64,000 nt of DNA, taken from positions 1 through 64,000 of the forward strand of contig MRSU01010729.1 in the NCBI GenBank assembly GCA_008369845.1, given 5' to 3'. This DNA comes from Trichomonas gallinae (lineage: Eukaryota). This document shows positions 1 through 11,501 of this stretch, piece by piece. The notes below the pieces were generated by a model that worked only from the letters and a program-made list of their open reading frames with translations, had not been told where the DNA came from and ran no database searches. The stretch's first letter is position 1. Each line of letters starts with the position of its first letter. Both the position numbers and the translations under genes were made by a program.

Positions 1-80
1 AGCAGGCCGCCGCCGAACAGGCCGCTGCCCCAGCCGCTGCTGCAGCTCCAGCCGAGAACAAGGAGCAGGCAAAGCACTAA
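1..80 (+). CDS. 3' end of a gene starting left of the window (Ala/Glu-rich C-terminal tail ...QAAAEQAAAPAAAAAPAENKEQAKH*)
   Basis: Open frame from base 3 to TAA at 78-80, GC-rich codons, then an abrupt switch to AT-rich 3' sequence. Confidence 0.7.
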   Translation, partial: QAAAEQAAAPAAAAAPAENKEQAKH

Positions 81-320
81 GCTCTTAACAAATGTTTTTG
101 CTCAATAAACACTTGATTGCTGTTTAATTTGTTATATTTTTTTTAATCATAACATAATAGGTTTTATTTTTATAACAAACATACATTGAAATATAACATA
201 AATAGCATTATTGAAGCTAAACAATGGTGAAATATATGTCTAAACTGGTTTGTATTTCAATAAGGGTCAACGAAAGGAAACCAGTTTATATATTTTGTAT
301 TTCTTGGTGCTGAAGAAACA

Positions 321-1610
321 TCATGTTCTCATGTATCCTGTGTTTTTCGATGAAGTGTTTGAATGCCTGAAATAGTTGTGCTTTAAGATATCTTCCGTAG
401 TAAATCTGTCCTGTGGATCCCATCTCAAGCATCCGCTGATAAGCTGCAGTAAGTATGGATCAGATATGTTCGTTTGCCCTTTTAGCGAAACCTCTTTGAT
501 GTCTAATGATTCTAAAGGCTCAAAATCTTCATCGAAATAATATTTCGCTCTTTTCGCTGTCTCCAAAATCGATTTTGGAGGCATTCCAAGCATAGATATC
601 ATCATGGACATCAGCTCTTCCTCATCATATGCCTCAAACAGCGGCTTCCCTGTATACATCTCGCAAAGCAGACAGCCGTAACTCCATATATCTATCTTGC
701 AGTCGTATTCGTTTTCTAAAACAACTTCAGGAGCCCTGTAGTACCTGCTCTGTATGTAAGTATATAGTGTGTTTCCTTGTGTGCATGAGCAGCCAAAGTC
801 AATGAGTTTTACTGACGTGCGCCTGAGATTCGTGAACAAAATGTTTTCAGGTTTAATGTCTGAGTGAATTACTGAGTTTTTGTGCATGAAATCTAAGGCT
901 TCTGCTGTTTGTCGGGCAACCATTTGGAATGTTGTTGCTTGCAGCCTTTTGAATGGCTGGGCACAAATCGTCGAATAAATGTTGATTGAAGCTAATTCCA
1001 TGACAAGGCAAAAATATCCACGGAACATGAATGAGTCTTTGTACCTTATAATGTGGAACTTGTCTGGTCCCCCATTTTGCTGAAGCTTAACGAGATAATT
1101 TTTCTCTAGCAGCACCTGATCGTGTGATTTTCTTGTATCACGCAGTGCCTTGATCGCTACATCTTCATTGAGCCTATGGTCGTGGCATTTAATGACAAAT
1201 CCTGATGATCCTTCGCCTAAAATTGAAATCATTTGATATCTGTATGCTATGTGCTCATCTTTCTCGAAACGCAGTAGATTTGGCATCGATGTGTCTGACT
1301 TCTTCAGTATGATAGGCGCTTTTCTGATATAATAAATTATTGGATAATTTGAAATTTCATATTCTTCTCTACTTGTAATATAGTGTTTATAACTTGTTAA
1401 AACTTCATTATTAGAACATGGACCTTCGAATGATTTACTTAATGTGACGTTTTCTAACTCCAACGGAGTTTTAATTTTTCTAACTCTTGCAGATTCAGGT
1501 ACTTGTTCATGAACTTTCTGTGAAAACAATAGATTCTTGTCTGGCCTTCGTTTGGCATTGGGAACTGTTATCAAAACGCTGTGTTTCGAAGTAGTGTGAA
1601 TAACTTTCAT
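321..1610 (-). CDS. DYRK-family (CMGC) protein kinase
   Basis: DH-box-like EHIAYRY, GEGSSG, VAIK, HSDIKPEN, DFG and the activation loop YTYIQSRYYRAPE typical of DYRKs; first ATG at 1610. Confidence 0.92.
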   Translation of the reverse strand: MKVIHTTSKHSVLITVPNAKRRPDKNLLFSQKVHEQVPESARVRKIKTPLELENVTLSKSFEGPCSNNEVLTSYKHYITSREEYEISNYPIIYYIRKAPIILKKSDTSMPNLLRFEKDEHIAYRYQMISILGEGSSGFVIKCHDHRLNEDVAIKALRDTRKSHDQVLLEKNYLVKLQQNGGPDKFHIIRYKDSFMFRGYFCLVMELASINIYSTICAQPFKRLQATTFQMVARQTAEALDFMHKNSVIHSDIKPENILFTNLRRTSVKLIDFGCSCTQGNTLYTYIQSRYYRAPEVVLENEYDCKIDIWSYGCLLCEMYTGKPLFEAYDEEELMSMMISMLGMPPKSILETAKRAKYYFDEDFEPLESLDIKEVSLKGQTNISDPYLLQLISGCLRWDPQDRFTTEDILKHNYFRHSNTSSKNTGYMRT

Positions 1611-2095
1611 TCGAATCACATTAAATGCCTAATTTTGCATTTATTGCTATATATAAGTGTTTATCTATATATTTCACATGTCAAAAACGAATTTTACAAA
1701 ATTTTATTTTTAAACGTAAATCGACCCTCTTTATTTTTGCTAGACCCTTTATTTCATTTTTTTAAAAAATTGCAAATAACTCATTACCAGAAATCATTAA
1801 GTTAAAATATGATATACAACCAACACAAACATCACCAAATCAATGATAAAACCTTACAATTACGATTTTATTTCTTGATTTTTGTCGAAATTTCTGTAAT
1901 AAAGCCGAATAAGGTAATACTGATCAGGGAAATTGTCATAAAGTCCTATACTACTGCATTATGTAAATGCTTTTTTACTACTTTTCGGTGAATTAATTAT
2001 TTTTTGGAATTTTATTTATTCGAAAGTTAATGGATAAAATAGATTTCTATGTAGTGTGAAAGAATGTAGTGGTTGAAAGATAGAATTACAAAAGT

Positions 2096-4114
2096 TTAAT
2101 TAAATCTCTTATAAACAGAAGCAGTTCTAGATGGGATGTAAAGCGGAATCTTGTGCGGGCGGCCTTGCCACGGTCCTCTGTATGACATATGAGAGACTCT
2201 TTTGTCGATTCTGCTTTGTCCACCGAAGAAGTCATCATCCGAAGATAAAATACATCTGTAATCGCCTGGCATTCCAACACCGACCTCAAAGTCTGAGTAT
2301 GAGAACGTAGAATGGAAATTAAAAATGAATAACAAATTTCCTCTTTCGAACGCGATGATTTTGCTGTTGTTGTCTTTGAGTATAATTTTAATTTCGTCTG
2401 ACTCTAAGAATTTTTCTCTAGTTTCAAGATTCAATATCGCATTATCGAATCTCAAGAGATATTTGTAGCGTAAGTCGTCAGCTGTCGCGAGATTGAACTG
2501 TCTATTGCAATGCTGGTATGAATACTGGTTTCCTTCGCGTGGAAAGTCAATCCACTCTGGATGTCCGAATTCGTTGCCCATAAAGTTCAAGTAGCTTTGT
2601 CCTCCAAGGGCCATCGTCAAGAACCTGATCATTTTGTGTAAAGCGATGCCTCTTGAAATGCAAACTGTTTCCGCGTTGAAAACCGACATATTTGTGTACA
2701 TCTCAGCGTCCATTAAGCGGAATGCGATTGTTTTGTCGCCAACCAGGGCTTGATCGTGACATTCGCAGTAAGCAATTGTCTTTTCTTTGTATGGTCTGTT
2801 AAGGAGCTCTTTAGTGAGGTTCTCCATGTCCCATTCCTCATCCCATTGGTCCTTGAGCATCTTAATCCAGAGATCTGGGACGCCCATACCTAATCTGTAA
2901 TCGAAACCGATGCCGCCGTCTTTAATTGACCTAGCGACGCCAATCATGCCTGATACATCTTCAGCGATGGTGATTGCGTTCCTATCTAGTGAATGAATAA
3001 GATCGTTTGCCAACATTAAATAATTAACGGCGTCCTGATCGACTTCTTCGCCAAAATAGTCGTCGACTGATGTGTATAAGAACTTCTGTCCGTGATGGAT
3101 GTATAAAATTGACGTCACGCCGTCGAATCTGAAACCATCAAAATTGTATTCTTCCATGTAGAACCTAAGGTTCGACAAGAGGAAGCGCTTCACCTCATAA
3201 GCGCCGTAGTCGAAGCACCTGGAGTCCCAGAACGGGTGAGTTCCACGCTCTCCTGGGTGGAAATACTGATGCTCAGTCCCATCGAAGTAGTTGATGCCTT
3301 CAGAGACATTCTGAGATGCGTGCGAGTGAACTAAGTCGAGGATGACTCTGATGCCCATCCAGTGAGCCGCGTCAATCAAAGATTTCAAGTCTTCTGGAGT
3401 TCCAAATCTCGAACTTACAGCGAAAAAGTTTGTAACTTGGTAACCAAATGATCCATAATACGGATGTTCCATGATTCCCATGAGTTGGATTGTGTTATAT
3501 CCGCATTTTTTAACATGCGGTAGAACATTTTGCTCGAACTCTTTATAAGTATGTACTCGCTCCTCCGGGCCCGCCATTCCGATGTGAGCTTCGTAGATGA
3601 GAAGAGCTCCGTCCACTGGTCCCGGTTTCGGATTTTTGAAGACAAATTTGTGCGGTGGATTCCAGAAGACTCCGTTGAATTCAACATCGTTTTCATTCTG
3701 TCTTGTATATGTTATCCATGCTGGTATTCTCCAGACAAGTTCACCATTTTTCAATTTCAGAATTATTTTTATTTTAGAATCGTGCTGAATGACAGGCCTT
3801 CCGTTCACATCCGGAAGGAAGAGCTTGAAATGGCCGAATTCGTCCACCTTCTGGCATTTGCAGTAAGGATCATACATGTTCCAGCCGTTATAATCGCCAA
3901 CAAGATAGATATCATCGGCTCCCGGCGCCCATTCCATATAGGAGATACCGTTTTCGACTCTATGGACTCCGTATTCTTTATATGCTTGTGTAAATTTATC
4001 TAATGAGCCATCGATGTAGTTAATGAAGTTCTTAGCTTCGATGTAATTGTTAAAACGTTGCTGTATTTTATCTTTATACGGTTCGAGCCATGGATTATCG
4101 GCTAGAATCTGCAT
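2096..4114 (-). CDS. GBE1: 1,4-alpha-glucan (glycogen) branching enzyme, GH13
   Basis: EWAPGA, IYEAHIGM, SFGYQVTNFFA, DLVHSHAS, FDGFRFDGVTS, IAEDVSG, ECHDQALVGDKT, NFMGNEFGHPEWIDFPR; ATG 4114 is directly preceded by Inr-like TCACAT (ORF extends to ATG 4177). Confidence 0.96.
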   Translation of the reverse strand: MQILADNPWLEPYKDKIQQRFNNYIEAKNFINYIDGSLDKFTQAYKEYGVHRVENGISYMEWAPGADDIYLVGDYNGWNMYDPYCKCQKVDEFGHFKLFLPDVNGRPVIQHDSKIKIILKLKNGELVWRIPAWITYTRQNENDVEFNGVFWNPPHKFVFKNPKPGPVDGALLIYEAHIGMAGPEERVHTYKEFEQNVLPHVKKCGYNTIQLMGIMEHPYYGSFGYQVTNFFAVSSRFGTPEDLKSLIDAAHWMGIRVILDLVHSHASQNVSEGINYFDGTEHQYFHPGERGTHPFWDSRCFDYGAYEVKRFLLSNLRFYMEEYNFDGFRFDGVTSILYIHHGQKFLYTSVDDYFGEEVDQDAVNYLMLANDLIHSLDRNAITIAEDVSGMIGVARSIKDGGIGFDYRLGMGVPDLWIKMLKDQWDEEWDMENLTKELLNRPYKEKTIAYCECHDQALVGDKTIAFRLMDAEMYTNMSVFNAETVCISRGIALHKMIRFLTMALGGQSYLNFMGNEFGHPEWIDFPREGNQYSYQHCNRQFNLATADDLRYKYLLRFDNAILNLETREKFLESDEIKIILKDNNSKIIAFERGNLLFIFNFHSTFSYSDFEVGVGMPGDYRCILSSDDDFFGGQSRIDKRVSHMSYRGPWQGRPHKIPLYIPSRTASVYKRFN

Positions 4115-5230
4115 ATGTGAAGTATTAAATGCTAAATTCAAATCCGACCAAATACAATTCAATTGAGATTTATGCATTTCTCTTAATGTAGATCCGGAAT
4201 CACAAGGAAAATCGTGATGTCAGTTTTTTTCAATTAAAATTGTTTTCGCAATTCAATGGTGTTTCTCAAAATTATTACGGATTCAGTGTCATTTAAATTA
4301 ATTTTACCATATTTCAATTCTCTATCTCTTGAGTAGTTTATTTTCAATTTAAAAATCAATTTCTCTTATTGAAGGTAATTCTCGTGTTTTCATGTATGTT
4401 GCAATTTAAAAAAAAGTAAAAATGAGTTTTCAGAGGTCTATTTAAAATTTAACCAAATCAAAATTCACGCACACATTGGCTATATCTATGCTTTGCATGT
4501 TATTTTTTAAATTTTCGTTTTAGAAAACTCATTGATCGTGATTCTAGAAAATTTTTCATCTATTATGCTTATATGTAAATATTTTTTGATCTGGGCATGA
4601 TCTTTTGACCAAAATCCTTTGAATTCAAACATTTTCATTGGAGCTCTCCATCTCTTCTTTTTGTTGACAAAGATACATGTCTATGATCAGTATGAAAAAC
4701 GAAGCCACCGGATTAGGTTTTCCAAGATTGTTCGTATATGTATGATATATAGGATTTCAAAATGACAATATACGCTTCCTGAAGGTCTGCAAAATATAAT
4801 GCATCACTTTATAAACATCTTTACTGTGACGAAAAATTGTGAGTGAAAAAAACCTTTATCTTCACAAACACATCATGAAGGCACATTATATTGATGCCCT
4901 TTCACATGATCATGATCATTTGTCACACATACATTACAATCAACAGATCTATTTCCCAATGATGTGCTTTGCCGCTTTTGGTGTATAACAATTTACTGAA
5001 TCGAACGCTTTAAACATAATAACAATCACTTATACTTGTTAAATACCAATACTTGCGAATTTCTGTCAAATCTCGAATAATTTAATGATATTCAAGAACA
5101 ATTTCAATAAAATAGTTAGTTTAAAGATCTTTTGAATGATGATATCATATAGTGACCAATTCGAGAGGCATTATACGATGATTATGTTAGTAAATAATGA
5201 TTGTGTTACTGAGAAATGAAATTTCTTTCT

Positions 5231-5322
5231 TGGAAATTTTGTCATGTAAAAGAAAATTAATTGTAAATTTTGTCATGTAAATGATATTAATTGAAAATTT
5301 TGTTATGTAAAATAGTTTATTG
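5231..5322 (+). repeat. Three ~30-nt tandem units, each containing TGTYATGTAAA, upstream of CDS 5342
   Basis: TGTCATGTAAA at 5240 and 5271, TGTTATGTAAA at 5301, with similar AATT..AATTT spacers. Confidence 0.75.
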
Positions 5323-5341
5323 TCAGATTTCACAATGATTA

Positions 5342-6388
5342 ATGTCATATTTGGAATCTTTGAGTAAAGGAGACCCAGATAACATTATCAAAGAAATTAA
5401 CAAAGAAAAAACGAAAATATTAGAACTAACAGAGAAAGTAAAACATTTAAACGATGATCATCCCGTTGATCCTGTTTTTGTAATGGAAAATAAAAATACA
5501 ATTCCAAACTTAAACATGAGTGTAACATTAGAAAACAAGATAGAATTTCCTCAGAATACTGTTGGATATAAATACTCGGCTTCAAACTTAAGATTATTTT
5601 TTGGTTATACAAATTGCGTGTTTGTTGTAAAGTTACCACTTGTATTTCAACCACAGATCATAGAATATCAAGATCCACTATCAAAACTAATCGATTTTGC
5701 TATACTTGAAACTACTCAAATTTTAATTTGTCAATTTGAAGGAGGACAAATAGTACCATATCTGCTAAAAGACAACAGATGGGGTAAACTTATACTATCT
5801 ACAAAAAATGAAATACAAATTCGCTCATCAAAATCATATTTAATGATTATCGAAAAACCAAGCTCAGTATATATTTCAGATGCATCATTTAACCAATTTT
5901 TCAATAATAAGATAGGCCTAGAAATGATTAAATTCGGAGAACTTGTTGAAACAAAACATTTAGCCATATTTGCAACAATTGGTAATGATATTTTGATCTT
6001 TTCTATAGAATCAAAAATGGTATTAAATAGAATCCAGCTTGCATGCAATCAAATTTCATATTCACTTTTTGATCATCTTTTCATTTATGCTGATGATAAT
6101 AATGTTGCATTATTCTCATCAGAAACCAAGTCTATATTATATAAAATACCTGTGCTGTGCACTAGAATATTTCTTACAAGGAAATATTATCTCATCCTGG
6201 GAAAAAAGAATGAAACATCGCCAAAATGTCTCTATTTCATAGACTTAGTTACAGGTAAAACAATTTCAGTCTTCCGTTTGCAAAATGAAGATATTGTTGA
6301 TTTTACTGCACAATTAGATGAAGTACTTAGTATATGTATCAAAACTGCCTCCAACTCGTTCTATTTATTCAAAGTAAGATCATCATAA
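5342..6388 (+). CDS. Hypothetical protein: short N-terminal coiled coil, then beta-strand-rich region (possibly a divergent beta-propeller)
   Basis: 348-aa ATG ORF; alternating hydrophobic strands such as LYFIDLVTGKTISVF; fold is inferred. Confidence 0.7.
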   Translation: MSYLESLSKGDPDNIIKEINKEKTKILELTEKVKHLNDDHPVDPVFVMENKNTIPNLNMSVTLENKIEFPQNTVGYKYSASNLRLFFGYTNCVFVVKLPLVFQPQIIEYQDPLSKLIDFAILETTQILICQFEGGQIVPYLLKDNRWGKLILSTKNEIQIRSSKSYLMIIEKPSSVYISDASFNQFFNNKIGLEMIKFGELVETKHLAIFATIGNDILIFSIESKMVLNRIQLACNQISYSLFDHLFIYADDNNVALFSSETKSILYKIPVLCTRIFLTRKYYLILGKKNETSPKCLYFIDLVTGKTISVFRLQNEDIVDFTAQLDEVLSICIKTASNSFYLFKVRSS

Positions 6389-6653
6389 ATTGAATATAGA
6401 AATCAAAAATTAATTTATGTTGATTATCAGCAATGGCATTGTTAGATTGTATTGTATGAATGAAACTATATTGATATTTTACATAGTTTCATGATTTCTC
6501 AACCCCGTGAAAATTTCTCAGATTTCAAGGCCGACTTTTTCAAAAATTTGCTAATCATCTGTTATATGTGTTAAATATCCGTTTTTTAGTGTGAAAATAG
6601 TTTTTCATGACAATAGAAAAAAAAAACAATTTATTCGTTTTTTTATTTTTAGA

Positions 6654-7517
6654 ATGACTGAACATGAATCAAAATCCAAAAACAAGAAGGAAACCAAGGT
6701 CATACAGATAGGAAACGACGTGTTGCAGAAGATGGAAGAAGAAATACGCAGAACTGGAGAATCTCCAATTTCATCAGCACCTGATCCTAAAGGTAAAGGC
6801 CAACAACCGAAGTTTACTATGGAATCTCTGCAGATAGTTAGTGACCAGAAAGGGCCCCACCTATCAACAGAGCAGCCAAAAGTACAAAAAAAATGTTGTC
6901 GAAAAGTAAAAGTTGAAGAAGAAGAGGTCAAGAAAGAACCTGTGTCCTCTTACTCAATACAGAACGGAAATGGAATCTTATTGCCTAAAATGGAGCAATC
7001 AGATCTTGGAAAAATAACACTTGTTTTAGATTTAGATGAAACCCTAGTTCACTCTTCATTTATCGCGGTGCCTAATGCGGATTATTCATTTCAGATCGGT
7101 GTAGATGAAAATTGTATTTCCATTTACGTTTGCGTTAGGCCTGGCGCTGAAGACTTCCTGAAATCTCTCGGAGAAATTTACGAATTAGTTCTTTTTACAG
7201 CTTCTACAAAATTCTATGCGGATTTAGTTGTAGATCAAATTGATCCGGACAGAAATATCAAATACAGACTTTACCGTGAGAGCTGCTCAGATTTAGGTGG
7301 TTCTCACGTCAAAGATCTTTCAAGGATTGGAAGAGATCTCAAGAAAACTATAATTATTGACAATTCGCCAATGGCATACATATTACAGCCATATAATGCT
7401 ATTCCTATTACAAGTTGGTATGATGATAAAGCTGATAAGGAACTTATGCAGATTCAAAATGTCCTTACCAAGTCCTATAGAATATCCAGCGTGTACGAGA
7501 TCATTGCTGATATGTAG
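6654..7517 (+). CDS. SCP/CTDSP-like (NIF family) HAD phosphatase
   Basis: TLVLDLDETLVHSS (DxDxT), VRPG, FTAS, VKDLSRIGRDL, IIDNSP; first ATG at 6654. Confidence 0.93.
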   Translation: MTEHESKSKNKKETKVIQIGNDVLQKMEEEIRRTGESPISSAPDPKGKGQQPKFTMESLQIVSDQKGPHLSTEQPKVQKKCCRKVKVEEEEVKKEPVSSYSIQNGNGILLPKMEQSDLGKITLVLDLDETLVHSSFIAVPNADYSFQIGVDENCISIYVCVRPGAEDFLKSLGEIYELVLFTASTKFYADLVVDQIDPDRNIKYRLYRESCSDLGGSHVKDLSRIGRDLKKTIIIDNSPMAYILQPYNAIPITSWYDDKADKELMQIQNVLTKSYRISSVYEIIADM

Positions 7518-7676
7518 ATTATGCATATCCTGTTTTATATGTTTTTGTTTATTTATATGTAAATATTTTTTATCCATTGTATTGTTTCTTAATTCCATAT
7601 CTTTGTTAATTAACTCGATACCTGACTCCTCAACCACATAACAGCAACTAATAAATCGCACAAAATCTTTACATTA

Positions 7677-7800
7677 TGTCATGTAAATAGGAAATTTGTC
7701 GTGTAAAATATATAATGATTTGGAAAATGAAATATGCCGTGTAAATATTAAATCTGTCGTGTAAATTGATTTTTTGACATGTAATACTCGGTGACAAAAA
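7677..7800 (+). promoter_or_regulatory. Cluster of five TGHCRTGTAA(A) motifs plus CTCGGTGACAAAAA upstream of CDS 7826
   Basis: Motif copies at 7677, 7697, 7735, 7755, 7775; CTCGGTGAC at 7787; the regulatory role is inferred. Confidence 0.55.
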
Positions 7801-7825
7801 ATTTGAAAATTTTTAGCAAAAAAAA

Positions 7826-9256
7826 ATGCTTACCCTGCTTTTAAACTACCGTATAAGCACGGACGTGAATTATGGTGGCGACACAATTATTATCAATCGC
7901 TGGGGATTTCAGGAGGGAGGTAAGTATTCTGTTCAGATCTCAAATGCTTCAGTTACGATCAATTCCCTTTTATTCATGCTCTGTGATAAAACAGAATTTA
8001 CAAATCTTACAAGAAGTGGACTACTTATGTGCACAGATGCTGTAACTACATGCAAAATTTCTTCTCTACAGCCTGTTTATAATTTAGCATCTTTCTGGAA
8101 CGCAACTGTTCCGAAGACTGCTCACTACTACTCAATTATTATAAACTGCAACGCAAGGGCTTCAGTCTACACGTTAGACGCAAACTTCTCGAATCCAAAA
8201 TCAAAATTATCTACCGATCAAATTCCATGCTTATATATTAAACCAATTATGACTTTCTTATTCGGTATCGGTTTAGTTTATTGGATCATCAACTGGATTA
8301 TCCATTTCAAGGGAACAAGTGTTCTTCATATTTTCTACACAGTTGCTATCGTGTTCTCATTCCTTTATATAGGCGTTGAGATGATATACTACTACCATTT
8401 CCACGTATCTGATGTCGAATCTGGCGCAACCGAATCATACATCGTTTTCAAGTTCCTCTGGCAGTTCTTATTAGTCTCTGGCCTTGCCTTTGTCTCACAA
8501 GGATATGGATTCATGAACCAAGCATACACAACAAAGAATATTTTGTATATCGTTCTTTTATCCGCTATTACAATTGCTGCACTCTCAGCTTACAACTATA
8601 TCGTTACATTTAACTATATTCTTATCATTTTCATTATCCTCGTCTTCGTTGTCGCGTTTTATTTCCTTTTGAGATTAATTTTGGTCGGTGTTCACGATGC
8701 ACTTATGACTCTCAGAGCACACATCTACGTCATCTGCAAGGAAGGCATCGATCCAACAACAACTCCATTAATGAAGAAGTTAATGACTTATCAAGTTATT
8801 ATTTACGCTATATTAGGATATTTCGGTATTATCATCACTCAGAAGATAGTTTTCACCCTCTTCCTCCTTCCAGATGCTTATGCTGAGCTTATTAATGATG
8901 TTGCAAATCTTGTTATGGTTTATGGCGTTATTTACATGTTCAGACTCCACAAGCAGAATGTTACTGGATACCAGACACTCCAAGAAGTTGGAATGGAAGT
9001 CCAGGAATTCACAAGAGATCAAGTTATGGATATGGACTTATACGAAATTATGCAGAACGCCACAACACCATGGGATGGATCAACACCATTGCCACCACAG
9101 CCAAGAATTGTAGATGTTCCATCTGTTTCACAAGACTTCGTTGAAGAAATTCAGGCACCTCCAACTATAGAAACAAATGATGCAGAAGAGCAGCATCCAC
9201 CACAACCAAAGCCAAAGAAGGATGAACCTGAAATCGAAAACCAACTTTTACCATAA
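7826..9256 (+). CDS. Seven-transmembrane protein with luminal N-terminal domain (GOST / GPR107-TMEM87-like)
   Basis: Short leader, Cys-containing beta-rich domain ending FSNPKSKLS, about 7 hydrophobic segments, acidic/Pro-rich cytosolic tail. Confidence 0.7.
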   Translation: MLTLLLNYRISTDVNYGGDTIIINRWGFQEGGKYSVQISNASVTINSLLFMLCDKTEFTNLTRSGLLMCTDAVTTCKISSLQPVYNLASFWNATVPKTAHYYSIIINCNARASVYTLDANFSNPKSKLSTDQIPCLYIKPIMTFLFGIGLVYWIINWIIHFKGTSVLHIFYTVAIVFSFLYIGVEMIYYYHFHVSDVESGATESYIVFKFLWQFLLVSGLAFVSQGYGFMNQAYTTKNILYIVLLSAITIAALSAYNYIVTFNYILIIFIILVFVVAFYFLLRLILVGVHDALMTLRAHIYVICKEGIDPTTTPLMKKLMTYQVIIYAILGYFGIIITQKIVFTLFLLPDAYAELINDVANLVMVYGVIYMFRLHKQNVTGYQTLQEVGMEVQEFTRDQVMDMDLYEIMQNATTPWDGSTPLPPQPRIVDVPSVSQDFVEEIQAPPTIETNDAEEQHPPQPKPKKDEPEIENQLLP

Positions 9257-9652
9257 AATTGATTTGTAAAAAAAATTCAAAAATTAATTGTTGCAGGTTC
9301 CATGTGTGCAATATACATGAATTTCTTCTCTATAAACTAATGATTTTGTAATCTTATATTTATTTTATATTTTCATAAAAGAATATATTGATTTTAACAA
9401 GAAATTCTGTTTAGATAGGCGCAATATTGTTTATACTTAAGTGTTTTGATCTTATTACTTTTCCTGAGAAAAAAAGAAGAAATAATAAACTGCCATTATA
9501 TTAATTTGCCATTTTGACAAATAAAGATGTTAATTGCCAAAATCAGTGAATTCAAATTAACTGAATATTTAGCTGCAAAATGATATATTAAAGCTATATT
9601 TAATAAAAATGGCCTGTGTTGTTGTTGAATATAAAGTGTCAAAAAATCAAAA

Positions 9653-10606
9653 ATGGTTTTTGGAACAAGAATACCTTATTATGATGAGCGTCTTACGAGA
9701 CAACTTGAAAGGACAGACGTCAATGATAAATTTTTTAAATCCTTGTTCGAGCCACCGACTTTTTTAACGATTCATCGAATAATTCAAGCGATTAGTTTTC
9801 TTGTTTTCCTTGGGCCACTAAAATTGGTATTTTCTTTCGTTATGTTTCTAATGTGGTCCTTTGTAATACGTGTTATTCCTCTTTTCGAAAGTTTCTTCAA
9901 AACACAAAAAGATTTTAAGACTTTTTCTCAAAAAATACTCCGAAACCTTGCTCGCTCGTTCTTGTTTACCATTGGAATTATAAATATCGATATACAAGGT
10001 TCCGTTGATCATGATGCAAGATTTATTGTTTCAAATCATGTTTCGTTACTTGATTACTTCATATATTTTTCCATTTGCCCTGTAACTATCATCAAAAAGG
10101 CTGATATTCCAGGCTGGGAATCCCTTTTAACTGGGACAGTCATCGATATGTTTTATATTTCTCCAAAAGATAAATATATTACACCAGCAGAGCAACTAGA
10201 AAACTTAGCATCCGATCCAAACTTCCCTCCAATTCTTCATTTCCCTGAAGGACGTCCAACAAATGGACATTGTGTTTTATCTTTCAAAACTCATGCATTT
10301 GCAAGCAATTACTATGCCCAGACTGCATCTATATCATATTATATGGGCTTTACTTTTAGAGGTTTCAATACAGTTTATTCAACAGATGAACCAAATTATT
10401 TATTATATTTCAGAATACTCGCAATTCCCTACTTAACGTGCAAAGTTCATTTCCTTCAACACCATGAATCGAAAGTCGAAACAGAAAGAAGAATTCCGAA
10501 AAATCAAAAAGCGGAAGAAGCTCAATTGCAAGTTGCCAATGACCTTGGTATATTGGCTATAACAAGATCTGATACACCAAGCTCACCAACTAGCAGAAGA
10601 AAATAA
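9653..10606 (+). CDS. Lysophospholipid acyltransferase (PlsC / LPCAT-like)
   Basis: NHVSLLD (HxxxxD) and FPEG motifs; N-terminal membrane segment. Confidence 0.85.
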   Translation: MVFGTRIPYYDERLTRQLERTDVNDKFFKSLFEPPTFLTIHRIIQAISFLVFLGPLKLVFSFVMFLMWSFVIRVIPLFESFFKTQKDFKTFSQKILRNLARSFLFTIGIINIDIQGSVDHDARFIVSNHVSLLDYFIYFSICPVTIIKKADIPGWESLLTGTVIDMFYISPKDKYITPAEQLENLASDPNFPPILHFPEGRPTNGHCVLSFKTHAFASNYYAQTASISYYMGFTFRGFNTVYSTDEPNYLLYFRILAIPYLTCKVHFLQHHESKVETERRIPKNQKAEEAQLQVANDLGILAITRSDTPSSPTSRRK

Positions 10607-10816
10607 TTTGAAAACATTTTTACTGGAACAGGAAACTAGGACTGTATAAGCCGCTTAGATTCTCCTTGTTTATATATTTTGAACCCATTATTTGTTATAT
10701 ATTTAAAGTATCATTGTATTCAAAAATTTATCATAATAATTATAGATCTTGAAATTGATCTTTATGATATCTGACTCGAATAGAAAAATTTGGTAATTAT
10801 CGGAGTGTATTTTTTC

Positions 10817-11329
10817 ATGGGTGTGGGTTCAAGTCGATCAACACTAAAAGTTAATATGATGGGACACGCAGGATCAACATCAATACTCTATAAGTTTGTG
10901 TATCCCAATGAAGATATTCAACATACTCCAACTATTGGATATAATGTTGAAAGATTCAACTATAAGCACATGAAATTTGAGTTTTGGGATATGGCAGGAG
11001 GGATAAAAATGAGAGAAATATGGCATCAAAGCTTTAATAACTCAGATTGTTTAATTTGGGTTGTAAATTCATCTTCTAGAACCGAAATTGAGGATTCTGT
11101 TGAAGAATTATACAATTTGGTTCTTAACTATGATATATCAGCTGGTATTCCATTATTGGTTGTTGCAAACAAATGCGATCTCCCTCAAACAGTCCCAAAA
11201 GATGAAATCATTGAAATATTATGCTTAAAAACACTCAAAAGCCGTGAATGGGACATCATTTACACTTCTATCTACGACCAATATTCTTTATACAAAATTC
11301 TCGATTGGATCATTGACCATTCGAAGTAG
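10817..11329 (+). CDS. Divergent Arf/Arl-family small GTPase
   Basis: MG start, TPTIGYNVE, WDMAG, LIWVVNSS, LLVVANKCDL; P-loop is degenerate (GHAGSTS). Confidence 0.85.
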   Translation: MGVGSSRSTLKVNMMGHAGSTSILYKFVYPNEDIQHTPTIGYNVERFNYKHMKFEFWDMAGGIKMREIWHQSFNNSDCLIWVVNSSSRTEIEDSVEELYNLVLNYDISAGIPLLVVANKCDLPQTVPKDEIIEILCLKTLKSREWDIIYTSIYDQYSLYKILDWIIDHSK

Positions 11330-11501
11330 ATTCTTCTATACTATGAAATACACAAAGCATTTGAGCTCAAAACAGACAAAAAAAAATTATTTCGAAGATT
11401 TATTTCGTTTTTTATCGAAAAATTTTAGTGAAAATGGATGATAAATAGAATATAATTATGTTTTTTATATGAAAAATTAAAAGTCAGAAAATCGCTGATT
11501 T

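Noticed and set aside
4590..5010. Slightly GC-richer intergenic patch, possible gene remnant or snoRNA
   Set aside because: No sustained frame, recognisable protein motif or convincing C/D or H/ACA layout by eye
5231..5322. Regularly spaced repeats as a possible CRISPR array
   Set aside because: Eukaryotic context, only an ~11-nt conserved core, spacers similar to one another, no cas genes
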